Source: Acidimicrobiia bacterium
GTDB taxonomy: Bacteria; Actinomycetota; Acidimicrobiia; Spongiisociales; JAENVV01
Direction: 5' to 3'
Length of the DNA stretch: 59,896 nt
Assembly: GCA_016650365.1 (NCBI GenBank)
Contig: JAENVV010000042.1
Span: 1 to 59,896 of the forward strand
The notes beneath the pieces are model-generated. The model made no database searches. It was not told where the DNA came from and worked only from the letters and a program-made list of their open reading frames with translations. This document shows, in pieces, positions 25,239-34,345 of this stretch; within the stretch, counting starts at the first letter, position 1, and each line of letters begins with the position of its first letter. The position numbers were made by a program, and so were the translations under genes.

Positions 25239-27121
25239 AACTTGAAGATCTCGCACAAAATGCCGCCCGCCAAGCTCGCAACGCCGCACAAGAGATGCCG
25301 GTTGTTCCGATCAAGGAAGTCAGAAAGCATCGTCGAACTGTCGGTGTTCTCGTCCCGATCCTCGGCGTGGCCGCCACCTGGATGGTGATTGCAGTTCTGA
25401 CGCCACCACCTGTACAGACATCCCCGGTCGCGACCAGTCCAACCGCCACCAGTGTCGGCAACACGCAGACATCGACTGCCCTACCGAACGTCTTCCAGAC
25501 TGTGGTCGTGACCGATTCCGATCTGATTGGCTTCGATGACCACACCGATTCAATCCTCCCGCTGCCTGTCGAAACGGTCAACCCAGCGACCGACTGCTGC
25601 ATCGTGGAGGGAGCCAACGGCGAGTTGCTTGTCCTCAGACCCAACCGGGTGTTGTCCGTCACGGATGGGACCAGGGAACTCATCGCCTGGGACGACATGA
25701 ATGGTCTGGCCTTCATTGCCACGTCCGAGGGGTTAGCGATCGCCGGGACCGACGACACGGGCAGTTCAGTACTGCGACTCTACGCGGCAGACGGATCGTT
25801 GCGCTGGTCCATGCCTCTCGGCGTGGATTGGGGCGAAGGCCCGCAATTGGCGCTAGACGGAGACAACGTGATCTGGCGGGGGGCACGCAATTTCTTCCCT
25901 GAGGACTCTGGATTTGCCGAGGTGCAGTGGTTCCCGATTGCCAACTTGAATGGAACGCAAGACGTGTCCGGTCGCCGAATGGAATCGCGGCCTCTGCCAG
26001 ACGGACGGTCGGTAGGGATCACCGAATACTTCGCCCGCCTCATCGGAGCCGATGGAAGCGGTATCCAATGGGAGCTGCCAAAGGACCTGACCGTCGTGTC
26101 AGCTGATCCGTTTCTTGATGGTCTTCTCGTCACTGCAGTCGCTGACCCATCATCAGAAGTGGGCCGGGTACTCGTCGCGGTCCTCCAACCGGGTGTGCCT
26201 CCGATGGGATTCTGGCTTGACCGCGTTTTTGGACCGTTCATGCCCGGGCCCACCACGATCTCCACCACAGACCAAGCACTATTCGGGCTAGGCGGCAATG
26301 ACGAGTCGTTTACATTCATCTCGGTTGCATCCCTGGAGACGCTCTATCCACTCCCGCCATTCACCATAAAAAACGTTGATTGGATCGCCGTGGACCACCA
26401 AACCATCAGGTCGCCAGAGGGCACCGTTCTCGCTCGAGGGACCTACGCGTTCCTCGGGCGACCATCGGCCTGGGACGAAGATGGGGGTGTCGTGACCTTC
26501 GGCGACGATGGACTACTTCGGTGGATGCGACCCGGAGGTGAGTCTTTCCCGACGCTACCCAGCCAAGCCATCGCGGAGATCGTCGAGGTGGTCAAGAAGA
26601 ACAATGGTTACGTGGTTGGTGCTCGGTTAGCCCGAAGCGTGAACACCATCATCTGGTTCGAGCTTGAGTCCGGCACCCTGACAGACCCACCCACGCTCGC
26701 TCGTACGCTCGATGGGCTCACATTCTCGGCGGGCGGAAGGACGGCCACCATCGCCCCGCCGGACTGGAGCAACGTTCAGTTGGGCGAAGGCGGCGAGCCG
26801 ATCCCGCCCTACGACCTGCCGGAGCTTCTTGTGACTGCCGACGACGGGACCGAACTGCTTAGAGTTCCTGTAGGGACCACCGACCGACCGTTTGTGGAGA
26901 TTCACGACTTCGACGGACGCCGCTTGATTCTGAGCGCAGTGCCACAGGAACCGGGCTTACCGCCGCAAACGGTCTGGATCATCGACCTGGAATGCTCAGG
27001 GTGTACCGAGATGATGGCTACCGGGGGCCCGGTTTGGTTCGACTTGATCGGAACGCTGACGTCGACGGGCGACGTGGTCGAGCCGAGCCTGCCTACCGAT
27101 CCCACCAGACTGTGGCCCTAG
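25235..27121 (+). CDS. Single-pass membrane protein with large extracytoplasmic beta-propeller-like domain; putative sigma-factor partner
   Basis: ATGA overlap with the sigma gene. About 40 cytoplasmic residues, TM 'VGVLVPILGVAATWMVIAVL', then a roughly 560-aa external region with 'DGSLRWSMPLG'-type repeats. No HxxxCxxC zinc anti-sigma motif. Confidence 0.6.
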   Translation: MKLEDLAQNAARQARNAAQEMPVVPIKEVRKHRRTVGVLVPILGVAATWMVIAVLTPPPVQTSPVATSPTATSVGNTQTSTALPNVFQTVVVTDSDLIGFDDHTDSILPLPVETVNPATDCCIVEGANGELLVLRPNRVLSVTDGTRELIAWDDMNGLAFIATSEGLAIAGTDDTGSSVLRLYAADGSLRWSMPLGVDWGEGPQLALDGDNVIWRGARNFFPEDSGFAEVQWFPIANLNGTQDVSGRRMESRPLPDGRSVGITEYFARLIGADGSGIQWELPKDLTVVSADPFLDGLLVTAVADPSSEVGRVLVAVLQPGVPPMGFWLDRVFGPFMPGPTTISTTDQALFGLGGNDESFTFISVASLETLYPLPPFTIKNVDWIAVDHQTIRSPEGTVLARGTYAFLGRPSAWDEDGGVVTFGDDGLLRWMRPGGESFPTLPSQAIAEIVEVVKKNNGYVVGARLARSVNTIIWFELESGTLTDPPTLARTLDGLTFSAGGRTATIAPPDWSNVQLGEGGEPIPPYDLPELLVTADDGTELLRVPVGTTDRPFVEIHDFDGRRLILSAVPQEPGLPPQTVWIIDLECSGCTEMMATGGPVWFDLIGTLTSTGDVVEPSLPTDPTRLWP

Positions 27122-27133
27122 CCCCTGCCGGAG

Positions 27134-27700
27134 CTAGATCGGTCGACGCACGACCGCCCGGTTGCCGCGATGTTCGACCAGGTCGAAGCCAGCCTTCTCG
27201 AACATCGTAAGACTGCCGACAAACATGGTTCCCCAGGCGTCGTCCTTCATGGGCTTGTCCCACGGAAAGCCTTCCAACAAGCGGGCGCCATGGTTCCGAG
27301 CATGGTCGATTGTGGCTTCGAGCAGCGCCGTCGCCACGCCGGTGTTCCGGTGCGCCTTGTCGATGTAAAAGCAGCTGACCACCCAGGCCGGTTGGTCGTC
27401 GATTGGTTTGTGGCTGATGGCCCGGGGAGCGTTCATCCGGGCGTAGCGTTCCCGGGGACCGACTGCGCACCAGCCAACCGGCACGCCGCCGCGATAAGCC
27501 AAAAGACCTGGCTCAAGACCGTCGTCGACTTGCGCGAGGAGAATGGCCCTCCGGTCGTCGGGAGCGGTTTCATTGAACTGCTTGTTCGTAAGCAGAAACC
27601 AGGTACACCAACAGTTCGAGTACGCCCCGTTTTCGCCAAACAGCACCAGCAGATCAGTCCGCCTATCGGCGGTGACCGGATGAATGTCAAGGTCAGGCAC
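27134..27700 (-). CDS. GNAT family N-acetyltransferase
   Basis: 'WVVSCFYIDKAHRNTGVATALLEATIDHARNHGARLLEGFP' acetyl-CoA-binding motif. GTG 27700 chosen as start; the ORF extends to 27796. Confidence 0.75.
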   Translation of the reverse strand: MPDLDIHPVTADRRTDLLVLFGENGAYSNCWCTWFLLTNKQFNETAPDDRRAILLAQVDDGLEPGLLAYRGGVPVGWCAVGPRERYARMNAPRAISHKPIDDQPAWVVSCFYIDKAHRNTGVATALLEATIDHARNHGARLLEGFPWDKPMKDDAWGTMFVGSLTMFEKAGFDLVEHRGNRAVVRRPI

Positions 27701-27721
27701 AGAAATCAGACTATCCGATCC
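27687..27721 (+). repeat. 35-nt motif copy A (TCAAGGTCAGGCACAGAAATCAGACTATCCGATCC), putative promoter/operator
   Basis: 31/35 identical to 29752-29786, same orientation. 112 nt upstream of the 27833 start. Confidence 0.5.
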
Positions 27722-27832
27722 CCAAAGAGTCAGGATCGCAACCGATGGCGGAGTCTTTGCTGCCCACGCTGCTCGAGTGGTTTGGTCTCCGAGCACGCCC
27801 GGCAGGAGATCTAGGAAATCTAGGATTACCAG

Positions 27833-29659
27833 ATGAACTGCACCAGGTGGACCGCGTCCTTCGTCGGGTTAACGCTCGTGGCGGCTCTGGTCGCTCCGGT
27901 GGGTGCCGTCGAAGGTGCCGAGTTCCTCCGGATCGTGGTGCAAACGGACTCCGCTGCCCCCATTACCTCGGCTCGGGTCACACTGAACGGGGTCGCCCTG
28001 ACCGCCTCCGAAGATGGCGCGTTTCTGGCGACCGGTCCAGGAGCGGTGCGGGTTGAGGCACCTGCCTACCTACCGGCTGTGTACACCTGGGAAGGTACTC
28101 CCGGTCGGTTGACGGTCACCCTCGCTCCGCGTCCCGTGTTCGCATTGCACGTGACGGGCGACGCGGCCGCCAATCGGTGGTCATCGATGCTGGCCATCGC
28201 CGCCAATAGCGCCGTCAACGCGCTGGTCATCGATCTCAAAGACGAATCGGGAAGAGTGTTCTCGTTGACCCCATCCGGGGTGGCGGCCACAGTAGGGGCA
28301 TCCACTCCGCTGTTCGACCTGTCGGCCCGAGCCGAGGCCGCCCATGACGCCGGGCTCTATGTGATCGTGCGCGTGGTGGCGTTTCAGGACCCCATCGCGG
28401 CACGGGCCGAAACCTCCTGGGCCGTGTGGAACACGGCCACGGCTGGTCCCTACAGCAAAGGGGGCCAATGGTTCCTCGATCCGTGGGATCCCGATGCCCG
28501 CGGATACGCCCTCAGTCTGGCCGAGGACGCATGTGCGATGGGGGTCGACGAAGTGCAGTTCGACTATGTGCGGTTCCCGGATGGGTACCCTTCGACGGCA
28601 CGCTTTGACGGCCCGACGACCGAAACAGGCCGGAAAGAGGCCATCACCGGATTCCTGGCCGAGGCGGCGGCTCGGTTGCACCCCGCCGGGTGTGCCGTCG
28701 CCGCAGACATCTTCGGATTCATCACTTCTACGTCCGGCGACGGTGGAATCGGTCAACAACTCGAGGACCTCGCTCAAGTGGCCGATGTTCTCTCGCCCAT
28801 GCTGTACCCGAGCCACTATTCCACCGGTTGGTTCGGCTTCTCGGATCCGAACGCGCACCCGTACGAGGTGGTGACCCGGGCTCTGGCCGATGGGCAGGCC
28901 CGCATCGACGGCGCCCCGGCGGTGCTTCGACCCTGGATCCAGGATTTCTACTACTCGGCCTCGCAGGTGAATGCCGAGATCCAGGCAGCCGACGATCGGC
29001 GGGTCGGTTGGATGTTGTGGAACGCTCTCAGTTCCTTCACGGAAGGCGCCCTGCCTGCACCGGGCATCCTCGACGTCGAGGATGCCCGCACCACGACCCG
29101 GTTTGAGGTACTTCCCGGCTCGGGGTTCTGGGATGTCCCAGATGGCTACCTGTTCGAGAACGAGGTCATTTGGCTTGCTCGGGAGGGGATCACGTTGGGA
29201 TGCAATCCTCCCGCCAATGACTTGTTCTGCCCCTCGCTCTCACTGACTCGAGGGCAGATGGCCGCATTGCTCTCCCGGGCCCTGGACTATCCCGCCGGAG
29301 GAACAACCGACCGTTTCATCGACGACGACACTTCGATCTTTGAACATGACATCGATCGCCTGGCAACTGCCGGGGTGACCCTGGGATGCAACCCGCCTGA
29401 CAACGATCGATTCTGCCCGGACAACACCGTGACGCGCGGTCAGATGGCAGCGTTCTTGCATCGGGCACTGCCTGACTTACCTGAGGCTCGTGCGGCTATC
29501 GATTTTGCCGATGATGACGGCTCGGTGTTCGAGGCGGATATCGAATGGTTGTATTCGCGCGGTATTACCCAGGGTACGTCGGCAACGACATTCGGTCCGA
29601 CGAATCCGGTGACTCGCGCCCAGATGGCGGCGTTCCTGTATCGGGCCCTCGGCAGGTAG
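27833..29659 (+). CDS. Secreted putative glycoside hydrolase (DUF4015/GHL-type TIM barrel) with three C-terminal SLH-like repeats
   Basis: Signal peptide, 'VQFDYVRFPDGYP' motif, then three 'F.D...F..DI.WL...G.T.G......F.P...VTRGQMAAFL.RAL' repeats at nt 29126-29656. Confidence 0.75.
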   Translation: MNCTRWTASFVGLTLVAALVAPVGAVEGAEFLRIVVQTDSAAPITSARVTLNGVALTASEDGAFLATGPGAVRVEAPAYLPAVYTWEGTPGRLTVTLAPRPVFALHVTGDAAANRWSSMLAIAANSAVNALVIDLKDESGRVFSLTPSGVAATVGASTPLFDLSARAEAAHDAGLYVIVRVVAFQDPIAARAETSWAVWNTATAGPYSKGGQWFLDPWDPDARGYALSLAEDACAMGVDEVQFDYVRFPDGYPSTARFDGPTTETGRKEAITGFLAEAAARLHPAGCAVAADIFGFITSTSGDGGIGQQLEDLAQVADVLSPMLYPSHYSTGWFGFSDPNAHPYEVVTRALADGQARIDGAPAVLRPWIQDFYYSASQVNAEIQAADDRRVGWMLWNALSSFTEGALPAPGILDVEDARTTTRFEVLPGSGFWDVPDGYLFENEVIWLAREGITLGCNPPANDLFCPSLSLTRGQMAALLSRALDYPAGGTTDRFIDDDTSIFEHDIDRLATAGVTLGCNPPDNDRFCPDNTVTRGQMAAFLHRALPDLPEARAAIDFADDDGSVFEADIEWLYSRGITQGTSATTFGPTNPVTRAQMAAFLYRALGR

Positions 29660-29751
29660 GGAGTCGCTACCTCAAAAGAGACCCGAAACTCTGCTGTGGC
29701 CGCGTGCAACTCCGTAGCGCCCGCAAGCCGATCGGCCGCGCCGGACGAATT

Positions 29752-29786
29752 TCAAGGTCAGGCACAAGAATCAGACGATCTGATCC
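29752..29786 (+). repeat. 35-nt motif copy B (TCAAGGTCAGGCACAAGAATCAGACGATCTGATCC), putative promoter/operator
   Basis: 31/35 identical to copy A. Contains the inverted repeat ATCAGA-cga-TCTGAT (29770-29784). Upstream of the APC permease gene. Confidence 0.5.
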
Positions 29787-29918
29787 TCACATGGCAAGGC
29801 GATCGACAGGTAGTGTCCAACCATCCTGACTGACCACAACAACCCCCAGCCATCCGGACACGACTCACTGAGTCGGACCCTGGGGCTGGTAGGAGTCCTG
29901 ACCCTTTCCATCGGAGCC

Positions 29919-32015
29919 ATGATGGGGTCGGGTATCTTCGTCCTGCCGAGCCTGGCATTCAAGATCACCGGACCAGCTGCCGTCATCGCCTACGTCATTG
30001 CCGGGGTCGTAGTTCTACCAGCGGTTTTCTCGAAGGCCGAGATGTCGACAGCCATGCCCAGTGCCGGCGGCACGTACCTCTTCATTGATCGAGCGATGGG
30101 GCCGCTCCTCGGGACGATCGCCGGGTTCGGGGTGTGGTTCTCCATGGTCTTCAAAGCGGCCTTCGCTCTCGTCGGACTCGGTGCTTACATGTCACTGTTC
30201 TTCGATGTGCCTGCGAAGGCAGTTGGGTTGGCGATCGCCGCTTTGCTGATCGGGTTGAACTTGCTCGGTGTCAAACAATCGGTGAAGTTCCAGACCATTC
30301 TCGTGACGATTGTCGTGGCGGTGCTGGTCGGGTTCGTAGGCTTCGGCCTGCCCGACATCAGGGCATCCGCCTTCGAACCATTCGTCACCCACGGAGAAAT
30401 TGGCCTGCTGAAGGCGGCGGCCGTCGTATTCGTTTCCTATGCCGGGGTCACCAAGATTGCCTCGATCGCCGAGGAAGTTCGCGATCCGGGAAAGACCATT
30501 CCGAAGGGAATGTTCATATCGATCGCACTGATGATCCTGCTCTACCCGGCCGTCGTCGCCGTCATTGTCGGAGTGACCCCACCCGAAATCCTGGCCAAGA
30601 CCGCGGCCCCGGCGGCGGCGGCCGCCGAGGCATTCGGAGGGACCGTCGCTCTTGAGATCGTATCCTGGACCGCCATCATCGCGTTGATCTCGATGAGTAA
30701 TGCCGGCCTGGTCGCCTCGGCCCGGTACCCATTCGCCATGGCCCGCAACCAGCTCGCCCCTGCCTTCCTCGCCAACGTAGGCAAGAAGTCTGGTGCTCCG
30801 ACTTCATCCATCATGATCACTGGCCTCGTCATGGGGCTTCTGGTTGCCACGGTGCCCATCCTCGAACTCGCCAAGCTGGCATCGGCTTTTCTGTTGCTCG
30901 TATTTGCGTTTGAAAACCTGGCGCTCATCGCATTCCGGGAAAGCCACCCCGCCTGGTACCAACCCACGTTCCGCTCCCCGCTATACCCGTGGATGCAGTG
31001 GTTTGGGATCGTCGGCGCCCTCGTCCTCCTTACCCAAATCGGGGTCATCCCGGCGGTCGGCGCCATTGGCTTCATCGTGGCGGGGATCCTCTGGTACCGG
31101 GGATTCGGCCAGGCTCGGGCGTCTCGAGAGTCCGCCGCACGCGACGCGCTCCGTCTCCGCAGCCAGGACCGACTGGTCGCCGAAACCTCACAAGCGGTGT
31201 CATCCGCCGGACTTCAGCATGTGCTCGTTGCCCTGCGTCGGCCCGCCAGAGCCGAACGGGCTCAGAGCCTCATCCGATTGGCATCCAACCTGGTGGCCCC
31301 TGGGGGCCAACTGCATGTGCTGCATCTCGACGCCAAACTCGAAAACGTCGTGCCCTCCATTGACGACATTGCCGAAATGGCAGGGCGCGACATCACGGTC
31401 ACCGTGGAGTATGCACCCGAAGCCAACCCACGGGGCGAGGTACATCGTTATGTCTCACGCACCGCCGTCGATCTGGTCTTGGCCGACCTTCCCCAAGAGC
31501 TGGCAGCCACCAAATCGATCATTCGCGACTGGCGCTGGCTACGTGAGCATTTACCAAGCGACTCGGCGTTCATTCGCAACCGACCCCCCACGGGAATGGA
31601 CACCATCTGTGTCCTCGGAACGGGCGGACCCTACGACCCGCTCAAACTCAACCTGGCTTCCCGGATCGCCCGGCGGGAGAACGCCACTCTCCGCCTCATC
31701 CATGTGGTCCAGGGGGAAGCCTCCCCCGAGCAAATCGCCTCCATCGAGAACTACCACCGTCGGTTGATAGAGATTCTTGATGTGCCAGCCGTCTCCGTTG
31801 TCGAAGCAGCGAACGACCTCGTCCAAACGGTTTCGCGGCTTTCTCGGGGAGCCAACCTGGTGCTCATGGGGGCCCCATCTCATCGATTTCACCTCGTCAC
31901 CGATCTCGCAGATCGAATCGCCGAACAGGTCGACTGCCCGACGTTGCTCATCCACACCCCGATTCACGAGAACCTGTCATTCCGTCGGCGGATCCTCGAA
32001 CGATTTATCGCTTGA
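29919..32015 (+). CDS. APC-family amino acid/polyamine permease fused to C-terminal universal stress protein (Usp) domains
   Basis: 'GSGIFVLPSLAF...' permease core with about 12 TM segments, then two Usp-like modules ('HVLVAL...', 'ICVLGTGGPYD...LVLMGAP'). The conserved N-terminal segment continues upstream of the first ATG (see findings). Confidence 0.85.
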   Translation: MMGSGIFVLPSLAFKITGPAAVIAYVIAGVVVLPAVFSKAEMSTAMPSAGGTYLFIDRAMGPLLGTIAGFGVWFSMVFKAAFALVGLGAYMSLFFDVPAKAVGLAIAALLIGLNLLGVKQSVKFQTILVTIVVAVLVGFVGFGLPDIRASAFEPFVTHGEIGLLKAAAVVFVSYAGVTKIASIAEEVRDPGKTIPKGMFISIALMILLYPAVVAVIVGVTPPEILAKTAAPAAAAAEAFGGTVALEIVSWTAIIALISMSNAGLVASARYPFAMARNQLAPAFLANVGKKSGAPTSSIMITGLVMGLLVATVPILELAKLASAFLLLVFAFENLALIAFRESHPAWYQPTFRSPLYPWMQWFGIVGALVLLTQIGVIPAVGAIGFIVAGILWYRGFGQARASRESAARDALRLRSQDRLVAETSQAVSSAGLQHVLVALRRPARAERAQSLIRLASNLVAPGGQLHVLHLDAKLENVVPSIDDIAEMAGRDITVTVEYAPEANPRGEVHRYVSRTAVDLVLADLPQELAATKSIIRDWRWLREHLPSDSAFIRNRPPTGMDTICVLGTGGPYDPLKLNLASRIARRENATLRLIHVVQGEASPEQIASIENYHRRLIEILDVPAVSVVEAANDLVQTVSRLSRGANLVLMGAPSHRFHLVTDLADRIAEQVDCPTLLIHTPIHENLSFRRRILERFIA

Positions 32016-32036
32016 CGCCATCCAGGTTGGACCGGC

Positions 32037-33203
32037 TCAGGCCGGCTGAACAACCGACCAAGCCCGACTAAGAACTATCCCGACAATGCCCGCTGCCGCC
32101 ATCAAGGCGGCAGTCGCCCAGGCCGCCGGATAGCTGACTCGCTCAGCAATCGTGGCCAACAGCGGCGGGCCAATCACGGCTCCGAAGAAGACTCCCGTGA
32201 TCACGAACCCGGTGCTGGTGGCCGGAGGGGCGGTCGAATTACGAGCGGTCACCAGGTAGATGATCGCCGGCCAGCCCCACCCGGCAGCAAAACCAAGCGC
32301 TACGCCGACCACGAGCAGGGGCACCGAAGTACCGGCGAGCGCCAGGGTTGTGAAACCAACCACACCTAGTACAACGATGGCGATGAGCTCTGAGAATCCA
32401 CTGGTGCCTCGCCGGTCGACGATCCAACCAGCCAAGACCCGGCCAACGACCGCCGCGGCACTCCCGAACGCCAACACGCTGGCCGCCACCGACTGGGAAT
32501 AGCCGACCGTCTCGAAGGCGTCGACCACGAGAACCGCCAGCGCGTTGCCGGTGGCCCCAAACAGGGCTCCGGCGACACTCAGGGCGATCAAGCATCGGGC
32601 ATCGGCACCAACCCCGGTCGTGGACCGCCGATCTTCGGGCAGGACCGCTCCGAACTCGGGAGCAACGACGGCAAGCCCCAACGAACCAATGACAGACAGC
32701 AGGAATACGGTACGCCACTCGACGCCGGCGGTCACCGCGAACGTCGCCACCAACCCGGCGACAAGGGCCCCAAGCGGGACTGCCGCTTGTTTCGCGCCAA
32801 ACCCGACACCTTGCCGTCCGGTTTCCACATACGCCCCGATGATCCGATTACCGGCCAGCTGACCGGCCACGTTGCTGAAGCCGGTGAGTGCCAGTGCCAG
32901 TACAACGACCGCCCAGTGGCGGGTGGTGACTCCGATGATCAACAACGACGCGGCTCCTCCGACGGAAGCAACCAACCCGCCGAATCGGGTGCCGAAACGA
33001 TCGACGAGTTTTCCAAGTTGGAATGATCCAAGCGATCCGGCGGCGAAGTAGGCGGCCGCCGCCCATCCCCATTGGCTTTTTGAAACACCAAAGGATTCCT
33101 GGATACGAACGGCGTAGGCACTCGCCAGGAACAGCGGATACGAGGCAACGACCGAGAACAGCACCGCGGTCAAGATCGGAAAGCGCAATAAGGCTTTCCT
33201 CAT
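32037..33203 (-). CDS. MFS transporter
   Basis: 12 TM pattern. Start at 'MRKALLRFPILTAVLF', whose ATG overlaps the upstream MFS stop (ATGA at 33200-33203). Confidence 0.8.
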   Translation of the reverse strand: MRKALLRFPILTAVLFSVVASYPLFLASAYAVRIQESFGVSKSQWGWAAAAYFAAGSLGSFQLGKLVDRFGTRFGGLVASVGGAASLLIIGVTTRHWAVVVLALALTGFSNVAGQLAGNRIIGAYVETGRQGVGFGAKQAAVPLGALVAGLVATFAVTAGVEWRTVFLLSVIGSLGLAVVAPEFGAVLPEDRRSTTGVGADARCLIALSVAGALFGATGNALAVLVVDAFETVGYSQSVAASVLAFGSAAAVVGRVLAGWIVDRRGTSGFSELIAIVVLGVVGFTTLALAGTSVPLLVVGVALGFAAGWGWPAIIYLVTARNSTAPPATSTGFVITGVFFGAVIGPPLLATIAERVSYPAAWATAALMAAAGIVGIVLSRAWSVVQPA

Positions 33204-34345
33204 CGGCTCAGGCCGCGCCCACCGACGAACATGAAGCCGGCCGCCACCAGTGCCATCACACCGGCGTATTGCCACGCCACCTGATAGCTGAACCGCTCGA
33301 CCAGAAACCCGAACCCGATCGGTCCGATGATGCCACCCCCGTACTGCCCGGTCCCGATGATGCCCGATGCGACCGCCGGGGCCTGGGGTTGCCGTTGCAC
33401 CACGGCAAAGCTGAGCACGCTCGGCCACGCCCATCCGGTCGCGTAGATGAGCACGGTCAAGAAGAACAGCTGGGTGCCACCGGAGATTCGCCCCATAAGC
33501 GAGAACCCGATCGCTCCGATCAGGAGAAACGCCGTGATCATCGGAAAGTGCCACTCACGTTGACGATCAGCGATACCGCCCCAGACGATCCTGGTGACAA
33601 CGCCAAGTGCACTTCCAACCGCCAACAGGGTCCCGGCCAATGCCGGCGTAATCCCCCTGACCACCGATGACTCAACATAGAAGGCCCCGAAAGAACTGGT
33701 CGCAACAACGATAGAAAAGGCGCCCATCGACAGGATCCACAGGGAGCGGGTGTCGACAGACCGGGTTGGCCGCTTTCCGGCCCGGCTAGGACTTGAGCCA
33801 ACATTCGAACGGGCCAGCACCGGGATCGTTATCAGCGCGGCAAGTACGAAGGCCCACCGCCATCCGATGGTAAGGGCTACCAACGGCACCGAAGCTCCCG
33901 CCAAAAGGGTGGCGTAGGGCCCCGAAGACTGTTTGACCCCAAAAGCGATTCCTTGCCGTTGGATCGGGATCCCTTCGGCCAGCGCCAAAGCGGAGGCCGG
34001 GAAGGAGAGGCCGTTCGCCGAGCCGCCGATCATCAGAAAAAGGCCCAGAGACCACCACTCGTGGACCAGTCCGGCAATACCGGCGACCGACACCAGCGTC
34101 AGTAGCGCGGCGATTCCCATCGACCAGGCCGCACCAAGGCGCTCGGTGATTCGGCCGCCCGGAACGGAGAAGGCAGCCGCTCCTAGATAAAATAACGAAG
34201 CGGCCGCCCCAAGCGCCGTCTCACCGAAGCCGATCTCGGTCCGGATGAAGATGGCATTGGCCCCGACCAGGAAGATAGGTAGAGCACCCAGAGTTACCGA
34301 AAGTGTCGCGGTGGCCAGTGTCGCGATAGGTCCGGTCGAGCGCAC
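33200..34345 (-). CDS. MFS transporter
   Basis: 12 TM pattern with a 'GGRITERLG' loop-2/3-like motif. Confidence 0.8.
   Translation of the reverse strand: MRSTGPIATLATATLSVTLGALPIFLVGANAIFIRTEIGFGETALGAAASLFYLGAAAFSVPGGRITERLGAAWSMGIAALLTLVSVAGIAGLVHEWWSLGLFLMIGGSANGLSFPASALALAEGIPIQRQGIAFGVKQSSGPYATLLAGASVPLVALTIGWRWAFVLAALITIPVLARSNVGSSPSRAGKRPTRSVDTRSLWILSMGAFSIVVATSSFGAFYVESSVVRGITPALAGTLLAVGSALGVVTRIVWGGIADRQREWHFPMITAFLLIGAIGFSLMGRISGGTQLFFLTVLIYATGWAWPSVLSFAVVQRQPQAPAVASGIIGTGQYGGGIIGPIGFGFLVERFSYQVAWQYAGVMALVAAGFMFVGGRGLSR

Noticed and set aside
27809-27826. Tandem 9-mer ATCTAGGAA/ATCTAGGAT just upstream of the 27833 start
   Set aside because: It is only two short copies, probably a duplicated Shine-Dalgarno-like AGGA region, and is not enough to call a regulatory element.
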